A program made the translations under genes and the position numbers. This document shows, piece by piece, positions 59,982 through 64,000 of a DNA stretch of 64,000 bases. The notes under the pieces are model-generated. The model was not told where the DNA came from. It did no database searches and was given only the letters and a program-made list of their open reading frames with translations. The first letter of the stretch is position 1. Each line of letters begins with the position of its first letter. The stretch comes from Burkholderiales bacterium (GTDB lineage Bacteria; Pseudomonadota; Gammaproteobacteria; Burkholderiales; SG8-39): the NCBI GenBank assembly GCA_036496555.1, contig DASXKY010000066.1:5834-69833 (forward strand). Direction: 5' to 3'.

Positions 59982-61237
59982 GGCCGGCGCTCGCCGTCGC
60001 CGCGGCGGCCGCGCTCGCCTTCCTGCCGTCGCTCGGCGGCGTGTTTCACTTCGACGACTACAACGTCATCGTCAACTACGACACCGTCCACTCGTGGCGC
60101 GCGCTCTTCGAGCGTGCAGGCCTTGGCGTGCGGCCGCTGCTCAAGGCGAGCTACACGTTCAACTGGCTCTTCGGTGGATTTGCTTTGCTCAACATCGCGT
60201 TTCACGCGATGAACGCCGCCCTGCTCTTTCTCATCGGCAACGAACTCTTCAGGGACCGCAGGGCCGCATGGATTGCGGCACTTCTCTTCGCGCTCCATCC
60301 GGCCGCCACCGAAGCGGTCACCTACATCAGCGGGCGCTCGTCGTCGATGATGGCGGTGTTCTACCTCGGCGCGATGCTCGCTTATCTGCGCGGATATCGC
60401 CGGACCTCGGTGATCCTCTTCGTCATGGCGGTGGCGACGCGCGAGACGGCGGTGACGCTGCCCGCGGCGCTCCTGCTGTGCGAGCTCTGCCGGCCCAATT
60501 TTTCATTCAGAACTGCTTTTCAACGGCAGTGGGCTCACTGGGCGCTGCTGTTCGCGGGGGCAGTCTTTGTTCTTCTCAACCAGCGCTACTTCGACCTCGT
60601 CGCCTATGGCTACGGCGAGCGCAGCCTGGGCGAGAACCTCATCACGCAGGTCGGCGGCGTATCCTATCTGGTACTGCGACTCATATCGCTGCAGGGCTAC
60701 AACATCGATCCGGCGCTGCCGACGCTCATCGGGTGGGACCCGACGGCTGTCTTCCAGGCGCTGCTATTGCTGGCTTTGTTCATGATGGGGATAGCCAACC
60801 TGAGGGCCAGGCCCTGGATCGCGTTCGGCATCCTGTGGTTCTTCCTGCAGCTCACCCCCACGAACTCGATCGTCCCTCGGTTGGACGTCGCCAATGACCG
60901 GCAGCTCTATCTCGCCTCGTGGGGACTGTTTCTCGCTGTGTCGGTTGAATTGAAGAGTGACTTGAGAGTCATGGTGCCAATACTTCTGGCATTCGCCGTC
61001 GCCAGCGTCATTCGGCAGCTGGACTACCGCAGCGAGATCGCGCTGTGGGAGTCGAGCGTGGCCCTGGCGCCGTGGAACGCGAGAGGGCACAACAACCTCG
61101 GCTACGCGTACCAGGCGGCCGGGCGGATCGAGGATGCCCGCCGCGAATACCGGGCGGCGCTGCTCTTCGAGCCTCGCCATGAGAAGGCGCGCTTCAATCT
61201 CATGTTTCTGCCGCCGGAAAATGTGAAGAAGCCGTGA
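59978..61237 (+). CDS. Polytopic membrane protein with C-terminal TPR (GT-C / TMTC-like putative glycosyltransferase)
   Basis: ATG 59978 overlaps the dac stop (ATGA). First-loop FHFDDYNVI motif, about 9 TM segments, and a C-terminal GHNNLGYAYQAAGRIEDARREYRAALLFEP TPR. Confidence 0.6.
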   Translation: MRPALAVAAAAALAFLPSLGGVFHFDDYNVIVNYDTVHSWRALFERAGLGVRPLLKASYTFNWLFGGFALLNIAFHAMNAALLFLIGNELFRDRRAAWIAALLFALHPAATEAVTYISGRSSSMMAVFYLGAMLAYLRGYRRTSVILFVMAVATRETAVTLPAALLLCELCRPNFSFRTAFQRQWAHWALLFAGAVFVLLNQRYFDLVAYGYGERSLGENLITQVGGVSYLVLRLISLQGYNIDPALPTLIGWDPTAVFQALLLLALFMMGIANLRARPWIAFGILWFFLQLTPTNSIVPRLDVANDRQLYLASWGLFLAVSVELKSDLRVMVPILLAFAVASVIRQLDYRSEIALWESSVALAPWNARGHNNLGYAYQAAGRIEDARREYRAALLFEPRHEKARFNLMFLPPENVKKP

Positions 61238-61301
61238 AGAATGCGGTCCGGTGCATGGCGCGCGCTTGCTTCGCGGCCCGCGAGCGGGCGACCATCCGCC
61301 G

Positions 61302-62624
61302 GTGAAGCCAGGCCTTACGCTCAAGCTGTTCCTCGCCATCCTCGCCGCCAGCGCGGTGGCGGCGATCGCCATGGCTTTCGCTACGCGGATGTCGTTCGAG
61401 TCGGGCTTCCTCGGCTACCTCAATCAGGTCGACGGCGAGCGCCTCGATCTGCTCACCGGCCGCCTCGCGCAGGAGTACCGCAGGCACGGCGGCTGGGACT
61501 TCATCGGCAACGACTACCGGCGGCTGCGCGAGATGGCGATCCCCGAGCAGCCGGTGCAGCGCCTCACGCTGCTCGACGCGTCGCGGCGTACTGTGGTGGG
61601 AAATCCCGAGCTTGCCGACGACGTCGCGGTGCGCCCGGTCGTGGTCGATGACCGCGTGGTCGGCTGGGTGGCGCGCGCGCCGTACCGCCGGCTCACCAGC
61701 GCGGCCGACCTCGCCTTCCAGCAGGAGCAGATGCGCGCGGCGTGGGTCATCGCCGCGCTCGCGGTGGTGCTCGCCGCTGCGCTCGCGGTGGTGCTCGCGC
61801 GCGCGTTCCTGCTGCCGCTCAAGCGCGTGGCGCAGGCCACGCACCGGCTCGCCGCCGGCGCCTACGACACGCGCGTCGCCGTGCGCTCGCGCGACGAGGT
61901 CGGCCAGCTCGGCGCCGACTTCAACGAGCTCGCGCGCACGCTGGAGAAGAACGAGCAGCTGCGCCGGCGCTTCATCGCCGACGTGTCGCACGAGCTGCGC
62001 ACGCCGCTCGCGGTGGCGCGCGCCGAGATCGAGGCGATCGAGGACGGCGTGCGGCCGCTCACGCGCGAGTCGATCGACTCGCTCAAGCACGAGATCGGCG
62101 CGCTCGGCAAGCTGGTCGAGGACCTCTACCAGCTTTCGCTCGCCGACGTCGGCGCGCTCGCCTATAGGAAGGAGCGAATAGATGTCGCCGAAGTGGCGCG
62201 CGAGACGGTGGAGGCGTTCGGTGAGCGGCTGAGCGAGCGCCGCCTGAAGGTGGAAGCGGATCTGCGTCGCGCGGACGTGTTCGGCGACGGCGACCGCCTG
62301 GCGCAGGCGTTCCGCAACCTGCTGGAGAACTCGCTGCGCTACACCGACGCCGGCGGCCGGCTGCGCATCGGCGTGCGGCCCGACGCCGGGCGCGTCGCGG
62401 TCGAGTTCGAGGACTCGGCACCCGGCGTGCCCGCCGACTCGCTGCCGCATCTGTTCGAGCGCTTCTATCGCGTCGAGGGCTCGCGCAACCGCGCGCATGG
62501 CGGCGCCGGGCTCGGCCTCGCCATCGTGCGCAGCATCGTCGAGGCGCACGGCGGCGAGATCGTCGCGCGCGCGTCGCCCTTGGGCGGGCTCGCGGTGCAG
62601 ATCGCATTGCCTCAGGTAGGCTGA
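61302..62624 (+). CDS. baeS: Envelope-stress sensor histidine kinase BaeS-like
   Basis: The N-terminus KPGLTLKLFLAILA...MSFESGFLGYLNQVDGERL parallels E. coli BaeS. H-box FIADVSHELRTPL plus N, G1 and G2 boxes. Alternative GTG at 61251. Confidence 0.8.
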   Translation: MKPGLTLKLFLAILAASAVAAIAMAFATRMSFESGFLGYLNQVDGERLDLLTGRLAQEYRRHGGWDFIGNDYRRLREMAIPEQPVQRLTLLDASRRTVVGNPELADDVAVRPVVVDDRVVGWVARAPYRRLTSAADLAFQQEQMRAAWVIAALAVVLAAALAVVLARAFLLPLKRVAQATHRLAAGAYDTRVAVRSRDEVGQLGADFNELARTLEKNEQLRRRFIADVSHELRTPLAVARAEIEAIEDGVRPLTRESIDSLKHEIGALGKLVEDLYQLSLADVGALAYRKERIDVAEVARETVEAFGERLSERRLKVEADLRRADVFGDGDRLAQAFRNLLENSLRYTDAGGRLRIGVRPDAGRVAVEFEDSAPGVPADSLPHLFERFYRVEGSRNRAHGGAGLGLAIVRSIVEAHGGEIVARASPLGGLAVQIALPQVG

Positions 62625-62626
62625 GC

Positions 62627-63286
62627 GTGGAAGAAATTCTCATCGTCGAGGACGAGCCCAAGCTGGCCGCGCTGGTCGCCGACTACCTGCGTGCAGAGGC
62701 GTTCGGCGTGCACCTGATCGACGACGGGCTGCAGGTCGTACCCTGGGTGCGCGAGAACAAGACAGACCTCATCCTGCTCGACCTGATGCTCCCCGGCCGC
62801 GATGGCCTGGAGATCTGCCGCGAGCTGCGCAGCTTCACCGACGTGCCGGTGGTGATGGTCACGGCTCGCGTCGAGGAGATCGACCGCCTGGTCGGCCTCG
62901 AAGCCGGCGCCGACGACTACGTCTGCAAGCCGTTCAGCCTGCGCGAGCTGGTGGCGCGGGTGAAAGCGATCCTGCGCCGGCCGCGCGGCGCGAAGCGAGC
63001 CGCCGGCCTGGCGCTCGACGCGTCGCGCCACGTCGCCGAGCTCGACGGCACCGCGCTCGACCTTACGCCGGTTGAGTTCCGCCTGCTCGCCATGCTCGCC
63101 GAAGCACCGGGCAAGGTGTTCTCGCGCGGGACGCTGCTCGAGCGCCTCTATCCCGACCATCGCGTGGTGACCGATCGCACCGTCGATACCCACGTCAAGA
63201 ACCTGCGCAAGAAGATCGCCGAGATCCGGCCGAGCGAGGACCCGATCCCGTCGATCTACGGCGTGGGCTACAAGCTGGAACTCTGA
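62627..63286 (+). CDS. baeR: OmpR-family response regulator BaeR-like
   Basis: Receiver domain (ILIVEDEPKL...LILLDLMLPGRDG...DDYVCKPF) plus winged-helix (LTPVEFRLL...VDTHVKNLRKKI). GTG start. Confidence 0.85.
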   Translation: MEEILIVEDEPKLAALVADYLRAEAFGVHLIDDGLQVVPWVRENKTDLILLDLMLPGRDGLEICRELRSFTDVPVVMVTARVEEIDRLVGLEAGADDYVCKPFSLRELVARVKAILRRPRGAKRAAGLALDASRHVAELDGTALDLTPVEFRLLAMLAEAPGKVFSRGTLLERLYPDHRVVTDRTVDTHVKNLRKKIAEIRPSEDPIPSIYGVGYKLEL

Positions 63287-64000
63287 TGCGACGTCTTCGT
63301 ACTCTCCTGATCGTTATTTTTTCAATCCTGATGGTTGGCGGGGGGCTCTATCTGCTCCGCGAGCGCTACCAGGCGCAGAACCCGGTGCAGCCGAAAGGCG
63401 CCGGGGGCCGGCCGGGGGCATCGGGTGGCGTCGGCGCCGGGCCGACGCCGGTCGTCGCGCTGCCGGCGAGCCTCGGCTCGCTCGATGTGGTGATGAACGG
63501 GCTCGGCACCGCCACGCCGCTGCGCACAGTGACAGTCCGCTCGCGCGTCGACGGCGAGCTGGTGCAGGTGAAGTTCGACGAAGGGCAGCTGGTGAAGCCG
63601 GGCCAGCTCCTCGCCGAGATCGACCCGCGCGCCTTCCAGGTGCAGCTCGACCAGGCGCAGGGCATGCTCGCGCGCGACCAGGCGCTGCTCGAGAACGCGA
63701 AGCTCGACCTCGAGCGCTACCAGGGCCTGTTCAAGCAGGACTCGATCGCGAAGCAGCAGGTCGACACGCAGGTCTCGCTGGTGCGCCAGTACGAGGGCGC
63801 GGTGAGGGTTGACAAGAGCCAGGTCGATAACGCCAAGCTGCAACTGGCCTACACGCGCATCACCGCGCCGGTCGGCGGCCGCGTCGGCCTGCGCCTCGTC
63901 GACCAGGGCAACATCGTGCACTCGGGCGACGCCAACGGCATCGTCGTCATCGCGCAGCTGGCGCCGATCGCGGTGGTGTTCACCGTGCCGCAGGACAGCG
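63286..64000 (+). CDS. mdtA: RND efflux membrane-fusion protein MdtA-like (3' end beyond window)
   Basis: Not in the ORF track because there is no stop within the window. ATG 63286 overlaps the baeR stop (TGATG). My translation, ...TVTVRSRVDGELVQVKFDEGQLVKPGQLLAEIDPRAFQVQLDQAQG...RITAPVGGRVGLRLVDQGN, is collinear with E. coli MdtA. Confidence 0.85.
   Translation, partial: MRRLRTLLIVIFSILMVGGGLYLLRERYQAQNPVQPKGAGGRPGASGGVGAGPTPVVALPASLGSLDVVMNGLGTATPLRTVTVRSRVDGELVQVKFDEGQLVKPGQLLAEIDPRAFQVQLDQAQGMLARDQALLENAKLDLERYQGLFKQDSIAKQQVDTQVSLVRQYEGAVRVDKSQVDNAKLQLAYTRITAPVGGRVGLRLVDQGNIVHSGDANGIVVIAQLAPIAVVFTVPQDS

Overview
This is a gene-dense chromosomal segment, roughly two-thirds G+C by eye. Its synteny blocks are typical of Betaproteobacteria (inference from gene order): murJ, ribF-ileS-lspA-ispH, birA-coaX-SPOR, ilvE-zf-waaF, glnE/yhdP-tldD, sucCD and baeSR-mdtA. 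I call about 58 protein genes and one tRNA-Thr(CGT). I saw no rRNA, CRISPR array, transposase, integrase, phage gene or recognisable defence system. The only accessory-looking block is a type IV pilus minor-pilin operon (pilE-fimT-pilV-pilW-pilX-pilY1, minus strand, 12035-20735). Its PilY1 is unusually large at 1777 aa.

Start codons were refined from the ORF track. Many track ORFs carry spurious Arg/Pro/Ala-rich N-terminal extensions. Real starts are often fixed by 4-nt start/stop overlaps (ATGA, GTGA, TTGA) with the upstream gene.

I found no clear-cut novel multi-gene system. The best leads are:
- The single large non-coding gap (25997-26487). It holds two near-identical 69-nt elements with promoter-like and terminator-like signals (candidate sibling sRNAs), preceded by a low-GC run of hairpins.
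- A tri-domain ACP / fatty-acyl-AMP-ligase / PlsC-acyltransferase protein.
- Very short divergent spacers (25-43 bp) that contain perfect palindromes or back-to-back -10-like boxes, implying leaderless or mutually embedded promoters.
- A poly-lysine tail on SucC.
- A tRNA abutting a CheY-like gene.
- Recurrent short islands of A/T-ending rare codons inside conserved genes.

All functional names come from my recall of protein families. No database search was run.
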